DNA of 64,000 nucleotides. It comes from Isurus oxyrinchus. Its lineage: Eukaryota. This document shows, in pieces, positions 50,808 to 61,489 of the stretch. The first letter of the stretch is position 1. Each line of letters starts with the position of its first letter. Location of the stretch: NCBI GenBank assembly GCA_026770705.1, contig JANJGN010000001.1, forward strand, positions 39,866,001 through 39,930,000, written 5' to 3'. The notes under the pieces are model-generated. The model was not told the origin of the DNA, made no database searches, and saw nothing but the letters and a program-made list of their open reading frames with translations. A program made the translations under genes and the position numbers.

Positions 50808-52356
50808 AGGCTCCTTTTGTTCTTATTCCTCTGCACTTTCATTCCTTTATACACTTCACTGCACTGCACACCCGCTCCCACCGGATCAATGTCTTCAGCG
50901 CTTTGCTCATGCAACTTTTCAGCATCTGCTTCATAACAGCCTTCCTTTTTCTTCCAGCTCACTTCAGCACTCCCGCTTCACACACTTGTCTTTAAACACA
51001 ACGCTCCTCCTTTCATTTTGTCTTAAAGCCACTCTCTCATCATCAACTTTCACAACATTTCTACCTTCATCACCTTCTGCAAAATTAAAAGAACCTTCTC
51101 ACAACTTGAGACCTGTTCACTTTTCACTCTGTTCAACCCAACTCACTTCTAACCACGAATTGGTTCTCAGGCCCGATTACTCTGCACAGAATGCAATATC
51201 TGGCTGCGCACACAAACAACAACAACAACAACAAAGTGCTTTGAAATGGCGCCTTTCATGTCGGAGAACAATCCGAAGCTCTTCACAGTGCTGTTTTCCA
51301 ACAGAATTGGCAGGAGGCGGAGTGTCACTTTGCTTCTTTTCAGAGTCCGTTCAGAGTTTCACACCTCATTTACCTGAGGTGATGTTGGTAGGAAAGTGTA
51401 AGAGTCTTTGTAAATGTGTACGGTTTCCCCTTAATCAGCCACAGCTGCTGCAGTTTGAAGAGTCCCAGTTTCTCAAATCTTTCCAAAGAGCCAAAGTTCG
51501 TCATCCTGAGCTGAAGCTGGTTGACCTCTTCTTTCCCTCAGTCAGGAGCCTTGACGTCCTTCCCGAAGCTTGGTGAGCAGAACGACATTCAGGGTACGAG
51601 GGCGCAGGACGTGATAGCACGGTGCTAATGCTGTTGGGATCATGATGCAGAGGCCTGGATAACTCAAATGCTGATGTGAGTTAAGATCCCAGCAAGGCTG
51701 CTAGTGGTTTAAAACAATCGTGTAAATGAACATGGGTTCCAAATGACACTTGTTTGGTGGAGGATTGGGCTGAGACTTCCCTTTGTTTGAAGGCCAATTG
51801 TGCCCTTGACAGATTACTCAGGACACAATTAGGGGAAAAAATCTAGCAGGCAGGAAATCAGGAATGGCGCAAGGAGTATTCCTTTGGTCGGAAGGAGCTG
51901 GATTCCATCAAATAGCTTGAAGTTACAACTTGGCCCGATGCTAGCACAGTCAGGAGGTTGTAAAGAAATGTAGTGGCTTGAAGAAGCTGACATATTGCAT
52001 GAAGTGCTAATGCAGTGGTGTGAAGTGAGAGTAAAAATACAGGCCGCAAATGATTTGAACAAGTTGTTAGCGTTTTTACATTGATGAGGTGAAGGCAGAG
52101 CTGCACTGGGGGGGAATCAGATTGCATGAGAGGGGACTTGAGGCACAGGGCAGGTGGCTTAGAAGAATGTTGAAAGCTTGAAATGTGGTTGTGAATGAAA
52201 TGGGGGTATAGAGCGGCTTGAGATATGTTTGTGGTGTTGTGGCTCAGGTATCAGTGAGAAAATTGGATGCAATTTAGGAATTGAAAAGACATTTGGAGGA
52301 ACTGGGATTGGACACAAGTAACAGCATTTGAAAAAAGGCGAATGTGCTAAGCGATT

Positions 52357-52427
52357 GCATTGGTGGTTCAGTGGTAGAATTCTCGCCTGCCATTTAGGAG
52401 GCCTGGGTGAGATTCCTGGCCAATGCA
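52357..52427 (+). pseudogene. tRNA-Gly(GCC)-like slot A copy, GGTGAGA variant
   Basis: Slot A changes plus T55G. Confidence 0.85.
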
Positions 52428-52586
52428 ACGTTGGAGTTCCGTTGCTCTTTGAGTTCTTGCTGCACTCTTGCTTGCAATGTCACTGTGTCCTGTGCAGCCA
52501 CTCAATGTCATTGACAGCTTGATTGGGACTCCAAATTGAAGCATTTCAAGAAATGAGCTGCGTCTGGTGTTGTTTTCCACTCTGTG

Positions 52587-52657
52587 GCATTGGTGGCTCA
52601 GTGGTAGAATTCTCGCCTGCCATTTAGGAGGCCTGGGTTAGATTCCTGGCCAATGCA
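52587..52657 (+). pseudogene. Chimeric tRNA-Gly-like copy
   Basis: Same as 41999-42069. Confidence 0.82.
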
Positions 52658-52806
52658 ACGTTGGAGTTCCGTTGCTCTTTGAGTTCTTGCTTGCAATGTC
52701 ACTGTGTCCTGTGCAGCCACTCAATGTCATTGACAGCTTGATTGGGACTCCAAATTGAAGCGTTTCAAGAAATGAGCTGCATCAAATTGCAGCTTTCCAG
52801 TCTGTG

Positions 52807-52877
52807 GCATTGGTGGTTCAGTGGTAGAATTCTCGCCTGCCACGCGGGAGGCCCGGGTTCGATTCCCGGCGAATGCA
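52807..52877 (+). tRNA. trnaG-GCC: tRNA-Gly(GCC), C67G variant
   Basis: CGAATGC gives a G6:G67 mismatch. Confidence 0.82.
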
Positions 52878-54435
52878 AGGCTCCTTTTGTTCTTATTCCT
52901 CTGCACTTTCATTCCTTTATATACTTCACTGCACTGCACACCCGCTCCCACCGGATCAATGTCTTCAGCGCTTTGCTCATGCAACTTTTCAGCATCTGCT
53001 TCATAACAGCCTTCCTTTTTCTTCCAGCTCACTTCAGCACTCCCGCTTCACACACTTGTCTTTAAACACAACGCTCCTCCTTTCATTTTGTCTTAAAGCC
53101 ACTCTCTCATCATCAACTTTCTCGACATTTCTACCTTCATCACCTTCTGCAAAATTAAAAGAACCTTCTCACAACTTGAGACCTGTTCACTTTTCACTCT
53201 GTTCAACCCAACTCACTTCTAACCACGAATTGGTTCTCAGGCCCGATTACTCTGCACAGAATGCAATATCTGGCTGCGCACACAAACAACAACAACAACA
53301 ACAACAACAACAAAGTGCTTTGAAATGGCGCCTTTCATGTCGGAGAACAATCCGAAGCTCTTCACAGTGCTGTTTTCCAACAGAATTGGCAGGAGGCGGA
53401 GTGTCACTTTGCTTCTTTTCAGAGTCCGTTCAGAGTTTCACACCTCATTTACCTGAGGTGATGTTGGTAGGAAAGTGTAAGAGTCTTTGTAAATGTGTAA
53501 GGTTTGCCCTTAATCAGCCACAGCTGCTGCAGTTTGAAGAGTCCCAGTTTCTCAAATCTTTCCAAAGAGCCAAAGTTCGTCATCCTGAGCTGAAGCTGGT
53601 TGACCTCTTCTTTCCCTCAGTCGGGAGCCTTGACGTCCTTCCCGAAGCTTGGTGAGCAGAACGACATTCAGGGTACGAGGGCGCAGGACGTGATAGCACG
53701 GTGCTAATGCTGTTGGGATCATGATGCAGAGGCCTGGATAACTCAAATGCTGATGTGAGTTAAGATCCCAGCAAGGCTGCTAGTGGTTTAAAACAATCGT
53801 GTAAATGAACATGGGTTCCAAATGACACTTGTTTGGTGGAGGATTGGGCTGAGACTTCCCTTTGTTTGAAGGCCAATTGTGCCCTTGACAGATTACTCAG
53901 GACACAATTAGGGGAAAAAATCTAGCAGGCAGGAAATCAGGAATGGCGCAAGGAGTATTCCTTTGGTCGGAAGGAGCTGGATTCCATCAAAAAGCTTGAA
54001 GTTACAACTTGGCCCGATGCTAGCACAGTCAGGAGGTTGTAAAGAAATGTAGTGGCTTGAAGAAGCTGACATATTGCATGAAGTGCTAATGCAGTGGTGT
54101 GAAGTGAGAGTAAAAATACAGGCCGCAAATGATTTGAACAAGTTGTTAGCGTTTTTACATTGATGAGGTGAAGGCAGAGCTGCACTGGGGGGGAATCAGA
54201 TTGCATGAGAGGGGACTTGAGGCACAGGGCAGGTGGCTTAGAAGAATGTTGAAAGCTTGAAATGTGGTTGTGAATGAAATGGGGGTATAGAGCGGCTTGA
54301 GAGATGTTTGTGGTGTTGTGGCTCAGGTATCAGTGAGAAAATTGGATGCAATTTCGGAATTGAAAAGACATTTGGAGGAACTGGGATTGGACACAAGTAA
54401 CAGCATTTGAAAAAAGGCGAATGTGCTAAGCGATT

Positions 54436-54506
54436 GCATTGGTGGTTCAGTGGTAGAATTCTCGCCTGCCATTTAGGAGGCCTGGGTGAGATTCCTGGCC
54501 AATGCA
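54436..54506 (+). pseudogene. tRNA-Gly(GCC)-like slot A copy, GGTGAGA variant
   Basis: Slot A changes plus T55G. Confidence 0.85.
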
Positions 54507-54665
54507 ACGTTGGAGTTCCGTTGCTCTTTGAGTTTTTGCTGCACTCTTGCTTGCAATGTCACTGTGTCCTGTGCAGCCACTCAATGTCATTGACAGCTTG
54601 ATTGGGACTCCAAATTGAAGCATTTCAAGAAATGAGCTGCATCTGGTGTTGCTTTCCACTCTGTG

Positions 54666-54736
54666 GCATTGGTGGCTCAGTGGTAGAATTCTCGCCCGCC
54701 ATGCGGGAGGCCTGGGTTCGATTGCTGGCCAATGCA
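54666..54736 (+). pseudogene. tRNA-Gly(GCC)-like copy in a 219-bp module
   Basis: Same as 44078-44148. Confidence 0.8.
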
Positions 54737-54884
54737 AGGTCCAAGTTCCGTTGCTCTTTGAGTTCTTGCTTGCAATGTCACTGTGTCCTGTGCAGCCACT
54801 CAATGTCATTGACAGCTTGATTGGGGCTCCAAATTGAAGCGTTTCAAGAAATGAGCTGCATCTGGTGTTACTTTCCAGTCTGTG

Positions 54885-54955
54885 GCATTGGTGGTTCAGT
54901 GGTAGAATTCTCGCCCGCCATGCGGGAGGCCTTGGTTCGATTCCTGGCCAATGCA
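54885..54955 (+). pseudogene. tRNA-Gly(GCC)-like copy in a 219-bp module
   Basis: Same as 44516-44586. Confidence 0.78.
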
Positions 54956-55104
54956 ACGTCCGAGTTCCGTTGCTCTTTGAGTTCTTGCTTGCAATGTCAC
55001 TGTGTCCTGTGCAGCCACTCAATGTCATTGACAGCTTGATTGGGACTCCAAATTGAAGCATTTCAAGAAATGAGCTGCATCAAATTGTAATATTCCAGTC
55101 TGTG

Positions 55105-55175
55105 GCATTGGTGGTTCAGTGGTAGAATTCTTGCCTGCCACGCGGGAGGCCCGGGTTCGATTCCCGGCCAATGCA
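55105..55175 (+). tRNA. trnaG-GCC: tRNA-Gly(GCC), C29T variant
   Basis: CTTGC gives a U29:G41 wobble. Confidence 0.88.
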
Positions 55176-56727
55176 AGGCTCCTTTTGTTCTTATTCCTCT
55201 GCACTTTCATTCCTTTATATACTTCACTGGACTGCACACCCGCTCCCACCGGATCAATGTCTTCAGCGCTTTGCTCATGCAACTTTTCAGCATCTGCTTC
55301 ATAACAGCCTTCCTTTTTCTTTCAGCTCACTTCAGCACTCCCGCTTCACACACTTGTCTTTAAACACAACGCTCCTCCTTTCATTTTCTCTTAAAGCCAC
55401 TCTCTCATCATCAACTTTCACGACATTTCTACCTTCATCACCTTCTGCAAAATTAAAAGAACCTTCTCACAACTTGAGACCTGTTCACTTTTCACTCTGT
55501 TCAACCCAACTCACTTCTAACCACGAATTGGTTCTCAGGCCCGATTACTCTGCACAGAATGCAATATCTGGCTGCGCACACAAACAACAACAACAACAAC
55601 AACAAAGTGCTTTGAAATGGCGCCTTTCATGTCGGAGAACAATCCGAAGCTCTTCACAGTGCTGTTTTCCAACAGAATTGGCAGGAGGCGGAGTGTCACT
55701 TTGCTTCTTTTCAGAGTCCGTTCAGAGTTTCACAACTCATTTACCTGAGGTGATGTTGGTAGGAAAGTGTAAGAGTCTTTGTAAATGTGTAAGGTTTCCC
55801 CTTAATCAGCCACAGCTGCTGCAGTTTGAAGAGTCCCAGTTTCTCAAATCTTTCCAAAGAGCCAAAGTTCGTCATCCTGAGCTGAAGCTGGTTGACCTCT
55901 TCTTTCCCTCAGTCGGGAGCCTTGACGTCCTTCCCGAAGCTTGGTGAGCAGAACGACATTCAGGGTACGAGGGCGCAGGACGTGATAGCACGGTGCTAAT
56001 GCTGTTGGGATCATGATGCAGAGGCCTGGATAACTCAAATGCTGATGTGAGTTAAGATCCCAGCAAGGCTGCTAGTGGTTTAAAACAATCGTGTAAATGA
56101 ACATGGGTTCCAAATGACACTTGTTTGGTGGAGGATTGGGCTGAGACTTCCCTTTGTTTGAAGGCCAATTGTGCCCTTGACAGATTACTCAGGACACAAT
56201 TAGGGGAAAAAATCTAGCAGGCAGGAATTCAGGAATTGCGCAAGGAGTATTCCTTTGGTCGGAAGGAGCTGGATTCCATCAAAAAGCTTGAAGTTACAAC
56301 TTGGCCCGATGCTAGCACAGTCAGGAGGTTGTAAAGAAATGTAGTGGCTTGAGGAAGCTGACATATTGCATGAAGTGCTAATGCAGTGGTGTGAAGTGAG
56401 AGTAAAAATACAGGCCGCAAATGATTTGAACAAGTTGTTAGCGTTTTTACATTGATGAGGTGAAGGCAGAGCTGCACTGGGGGGGAATCAGATTGCATGA
56501 GAGGGGACTTGAGGCACAGGGCAGGTGGCTTAGAAGAATGTTGAAAGCTTGAAATGTGGTTGTGAATGAAATGGGGGTATAGAGCGGCTTGAGAGATGTT
56601 TGTGGTGTTGTGGCTCAGGTATTAGTGAGAAAATTGGATGCAATTTCGGAATTGAAAAGACATTTGGAGGAACTGGGATTGGACACAAGTAACAACATTT
56701 GAAAAAAGGAGAACGTGATAAACGATT

Positions 56728-56798
56728 GCATTGGTGGTTCAGTGGTAGAATTCTCGCCTGCCACGTGGGAGGCCTGGGTTAGATTCCTGGCCAATGCA
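56728..56798 (+). pseudogene. tRNA-Gly(GCC)-like slot A copy, edge type (less decayed)
   Basis: CCACGTGGG anticodon arm; GGTTAGA B box; C50T, C63T. Confidence 0.75.
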
Positions 56799-56957
56799 AG
56801 GTTGGCATTTAGTTGCTCTTTGAGTTCTTGCTGCACTCTTGCTTGCAATGTCACTGTGTCCTGTGCAGCCACTCAATGTCATTGACAGCTTGATTGGGAC
56901 TCCAAATTGAAGCATTTCAAGAAATGAGCTGCATCTGGTGTTGCTTTCCACTCTGTG

Positions 56958-57028
56958 GCATTGGTGGCTCAGTGGTAGAATTCTCGCCTGCCATGCGGGA
57001 GGCCTGGGTTCGAATCCTGGCCAATGCA
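56958..57028 (+). tRNA. trnaG-GCC: tRNA-Gly(GCC), multiply substituted slot-B copy
   Basis: T11C, C38T, C50T, T59A, C63T; boxes intact; TTTT trailer. Confidence 0.6.
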
Positions 57029-58586
57029 AGGCTCCTTTTGTTCTTTTTCCTCTGCACTTTCATTCCTTTAAATACTTCACTGCACTGCACACCCGCTCCC
57101 ACCGGATCAATGTCTTCAGCGCTTTGCTCATGCAACTTTTCAGCATCTGCTTCATAACAGCCTTCCTTTTTCTTTCAGCTCACTTCAGCACTCCCGCTTC
57201 ACACACTTGTCTTTAAACACAACGCTCCTCCTTTCATTTTCTCTTAAAGCCACTCTCTCATCATCAACTTTCACAACATTTCTACCTTCATCACCTTCTG
57301 CAAAATTAAAAGAACCTTCTCACAACTTGAGACCTGTTCACTTTTCACTCTGTTCAACCCAACTCACTTCTAACCACGAATTGGTTCTCAGGCCCGATTA
57401 CTCTGCACAGAATGCAATATCTGGCTGCGCACACAAACAACAACAACAACAACAACAACAACAAAGTGCTTTGAAATGGCGCCTTTCATGTCGGAGAACA
57501 ATCCGAAGCTCTTCACAGTGCTGTTTTCCAACAGAATTGGCAGGAGGCGGAGTGTCACTTTGCTTCTTTTCAGAGTCCGTTCAGAGTTTCACACCTCATT
57601 TACCTGAGGTGATGTTGGTAGGAAAGTGTAAGAGTCTTTGTAAATGTGTAAGGTTTCCCCTTAATCAGCCACAGCTGCTGCAGTTTGAAGAGTCCCAGTT
57701 TCTCAAATCTTTCCAAAGAGCCAAAGTTCGTCATCCTGAGCTGAAGCTGGTTGACCTCTTCTTTCCCTCAGTCGGGAGCCTTGACGTCCTTCCCGAAGCT
57801 TGGTGAGCAGAACGACATTCAGGGTACGAGGGCACAGGACGTGATAGCACGGTGCTAATGCTGTTGGGATCATGATGCAGAGGCCTGGATAACTCAAATG
57901 CTGATGTGAGTTAAGATCCCAGCAAGGCTGCTAGTGGTTTAAAACAATCGTGTAAATGAACATGGGTTCCAAATGACACTTGTTTGGTGGAGGATTGGGC
58001 TGAGACTTCCCTTTGTTTGAAGGCCAATTGTGCCCTTGACAGATTACTCAGGACACAATTAGGGGAAAAAATCTAGCAGGCAGGAAATCAGGAATTGCGC
58101 AAGGAGTATTCCTTTGGTCGGAAGGAGCTGGATTCCATCAAAAAGCTTGAAGTTACAACTTGGCCCGATGCTAGCACAGTCAGGAGGTTGTAAAGAAATG
58201 TAGTGGCTTGAGGAAGCTGACATATTGCATGAAGTGCTAATGCAGTGGTGTGAAGTGAGAGTAAAAATACAGGCCGCAAATGATTTGAACAAGTTGTTAG
58301 CGTTTTTACATTGATGAGGTGAAGGCAGAGCTGCACTGGGGGGGAATCAGATTGCATGAGAGGGGACTTGAGGCACAGGGCAGGTGGCTTAGAAGAATGT
58401 TGAAAGCTTGAAATGTGGTTGTGAATGAAATGGGGGTATAGAGCAGCTTGAGAGATGTTTGTGGTGTTGTGGCTCAGGTATCAGTGAGAAAATTGGATGC
58501 AATTTCGGAATTGAAAAGACATTTGGAGGAACTGGGATTGGACACAAGTAACAACATTTGAAAAAAGGAGAACGTGATAAGCGATT

Positions 58587-58657
58587 GCATTGGTGGTTCA
58601 GTGGTAGAATTCTCGCCTGCCACGTGGGAGGCCTGGGTTCGATTCCTAGCCAATGCA
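58587..58657 (+). pseudogene. tRNA-Gly(GCC)-like slot A copy, edge type with intact B box
   Basis: C40T, C50T, C63T, G64A (U50:A64 pairs); GGTTCGA retained, so it could be a low-scoring tRNA. Confidence 0.6.
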
Positions 58658-58816
58658 AGGTTGGCATTTAGTTGCTCTTTGAGTTCTTGCTGCACTCTTG
58701 CTTGCAATGTCACTGTGTCCTGTGCAGCCACTCAATGTCATTGACAGCTTGATTGGGACTCCAAATTGAAGCATTTCAAGAAATGAGCTGCATCTGGTGT
58801 TGCTTTCCACTCTGTG

Positions 58817-58887
58817 GCATTGGTGGCTCAGTGGTAGAATTCTCGCCTGCCATGCGGGAGGCCTGGGTTCGATTCCTGGCCAATGCA
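58817..58887 (+). pseudogene. tRNA-Gly(GCC)-like copy in a 219-bp module (mildly diverged)
   Basis: T11C, C38T, C50T, C63T. Confidence 0.65.
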
Positions 58888-59035
58888 ACGTCCGAGTTCC
58901 GTTGCTCTTTGAGTTCTTGCTTGCAATGTCACTGTGTCCTGTACAGCCACTCAATGTCATTGACAGCTTGATTGGGACTCCAAATTGAAGCATTTCAAGA
59001 AATGAGCTGCGTCTGGTTTTGTTTTCCACTCTGTG

Positions 59036-59106
59036 GCACTGCTGGCTCAGTGGTAGAATTCTCCCCTGCTACGTGGGAGGCCTGGGTTCGATTCCTGGCC
59101 AATGCA
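59036..59106 (+). pseudogene. Gly-derived tRNA-like copy with GCT anticodon
   Basis: GCACTGC, CTCCC stem, loop CTGCTAC. Confidence 0.85.
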
Positions 59107-59255
59107 ACGTTGGAGTTCCGTTGCTCTTTGAGTTCTTGCTTGCAATGTCACTGTGTCCTGTACAGCCACTCAATGTCATTGACAGCTTGATTGGGGCTCC
59201 AAATTGAAGCGTTTCAAGAAATGAGCTGCATCAAATTGTAGTATTCCAGTCTGTG

Positions 59256-59326
59256 GCATTGGTGGTTCAGTGGTAGAATTCTCGCCTGCCACGCGGGAGG
59301 CCTGGGTTCGATTCCCGGCCAATGCA
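59256..59326 (+). tRNA. trnaG-GCC: tRNA-Gly(GCC), C50T variant
   Basis: One wobble change; TTTT trailer. Confidence 0.92.
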
Positions 59327-60875
59327 AGGCTCCTTTTGTTCTTATTCCTCTGCACTTTCATTCCTTTAAATACTTCACTGGACTGCACACCCGCTCCCAC
59401 CGGATCAATGTCTTCAGCGCTTTGCTCATGCAACTTTTCAGCATCTGCTTCATAACAGCCTTCCTTTTTCTTCCAGCTCACTTCAGCACTCCCGCTTCAC
59501 ACACTTGTCTTTAAACACAACGCTCCTCCTTTCATTTTGTCTTAAAGCCACTCTCTCATCATCAACTTTCTCGACATTTCTACCTTCATCACCTTCTGCA
59601 AAATTAAAAGAACCTTCTCACAACTTGAGACCTGTTCACTTTTCACTCTGTTCAACCCAACTCACTTCTAACCACGAATTGGTTCTCAGGCCCGATTACT
59701 CTGCACAGAATGCAATATCTGGCTGCGCACACAAACAACAACAACAACAACAAAGTGCTTTGAAATGGCGCCTTTCATGTCGGAGAACAATCCGAAGCTC
59801 TTCACAGTGCTGTTTTCCAACAGAATTGGCAGGAGGCGGAGTGTCACTTTGCTTCTTTTCAGAGTCCGTTCAGAGTTTCACACCTCATTTACCTGAGGTG
59901 ATGTTGGTAGGAAAGTGTAAGAGTCTTTGTAAATGTGTACGGTTTCCCCTTCATCAGCCACAGCTGCTGCAGTTTGAAGAGTCCCAGTTTCTCAAATCTT
60001 TCCAAAGAGCCAAAGTTCGTCATCCTGAGCTGAAGCTGGTTGACCTCTTCTTTCCCTCAGTCGGGAGCCTTGACGTCCTTCCCGAAGCTTGGTGAGCAGA
60101 ACGACATTCAGGGTACGAGGGCGCAGGACGTGATAGCACGGTGCTAATGCTGTTGGGATCATGATGCAGAGGCCTGGATAACTCAAATGCTGATGTGAGT
60201 TAAGATCCCAGCAAGGCTGCTAGTGGTTTAAAACAATCGTGTAAATGAACATGGGTTCCAAATGACACTTGTTTGGTGGAGGATTGGGCTGAGACTTCCC
60301 TTTGTTTGAAGGCCAATTGTGCCCTTGACAGATTACTCAGGACACAATTAGGGGAAAAAATCTAGCAGGCAGGAAATCAGGAATTGCGCAAGGAGTATTC
60401 CTTTGGTCGGAAGGAGCTGGATTCCATCAAAAAGCTTGAAGTTACAACTTGGCCCGATGCTAGCACAGTCAGGAGGTTGTAAAGAAATGTAGTGGCTTGA
60501 AGAAGCTGACATATTGCATGAAGTGCTAATGCAGTGGTGTGAAGTGAGAGTAAAAATACAGGCCGCAAATGATTTGAACAAGTTGTTAGCGTTTTTACAT
60601 TGATGAGGTGAAGGCAGAGCTGCACTGGGGGGGAATCAGATTGCATGAGAGGGGACTTGAGGCACAGGGCAGGTGGCTTAGAAGAATGTTGAAAGCTTGA
60701 AATGTGGTTGTGAATGAAATGGGGGTATAGAGCGGCTTGAGAGATGTTTGTGGTGTTGTGGCTCAGGTATTAGTGAGAAAATTGGATGCAATTTCGGAAT
60801 TGAAAAGACATTTGGAGGAACTGGGATTGGACACAAGTAACAACATTTGAAAAAAGGAGAACGTGATAAGCGATT

Positions 60876-60946
60876 GCATTGGTGGTTCAGTGGTAAAATT
60901 CTCACCTGCCACGTGGGAGGCCTGGGTTGGATTCTTGGCCAATGCA
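60876..60946 (+). pseudogene. Terminal slot A tRNA-Gly-like copy
   Basis: GGTAAAATT, CTCAC, CACGTGGG, GGTTGGA B box. Confidence 0.85.
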
Positions 60947-61160
60947 AGGTTGGCATTTAGTTGCTCTTTGAGTTCTTGAAATGTGGTTGTGAATGAAATG
61001 GGGTTATAGAGCGGCTTGAGAGATGTTTGTGGTGTTGTGGCTCAGGTATTAGTGAGAAAATTGGTTGCAATTTAAGGAGTAAAAGGACAATTTTAGGAAA
61101 TGGGATTGCTCAGAAGTGAATGCTTTTGAAAAAAGAGCATTAGAAGGTGTGGCAGCGGTT

Positions 61161-61192
61161 GCGTTGGTGGCTCAGTGGTAGAATTCTCACCC
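61161..61192 (+). pseudogene. Truncated 5' half of a tRNA-Gly-like copy
   Basis: GCGTTGGTGGCTCAGTGGTAGAATTCTCACC, then unrelated sequence. Confidence 0.75.
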
Positions 61193-61489
61193 CTTTGACA
61201 ATGTTTCTTTCAACTACCTTAGGCTGTTTTACTATGTTAAAGGTATGATGTAAATGCAAGTTGTTTTTGTTTTGATTTCAAATTTTTCTGTTGTGCAGCA
61301 GGAGTTATTGATGACCTTTGTTAGGACTTACTTCATGCCCAGAAGACAGATAAAACAAACTGCATCTCTTTTGATCAAATTTGCAGAGTTTATTTTCAGG
61401 ACGTCACAGTGGTAGTAAGATAGAAATGGCAACGTGATGAGTGTGGAATACAAGATCATGACTACAATGAAGGAATTGGAGAGGCGAAT

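Larger units (their letters stand above)
35270..55970 (+). repeat. Five-unit higher-order duplication (~35.3-45.6 kb copied to ~45.9-56.0 kb)
   Basis: Offsets of 10,594 (36063/46657, 38357/48951, 40209/50803), then 10,588, then 10,369 (one 219-bp module fewer); rare variants shared in the same order. Confidence 0.9.
1..60978 (+). repeat. Tandem tDNA macrosatellite, ~1,851-bp unit (1,851-1,855 bp; up to ~2.5 kb where 219-bp modules are expanded), ~32 units, continuing left of the window
   Basis: Identical sequence and ORF track recur at 1,851-bp steps (876, 2727, 4578, 6429, 8280, 10131, 11982 ...); periodicity ends at a junction near 60,978. Confidence 0.99.
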
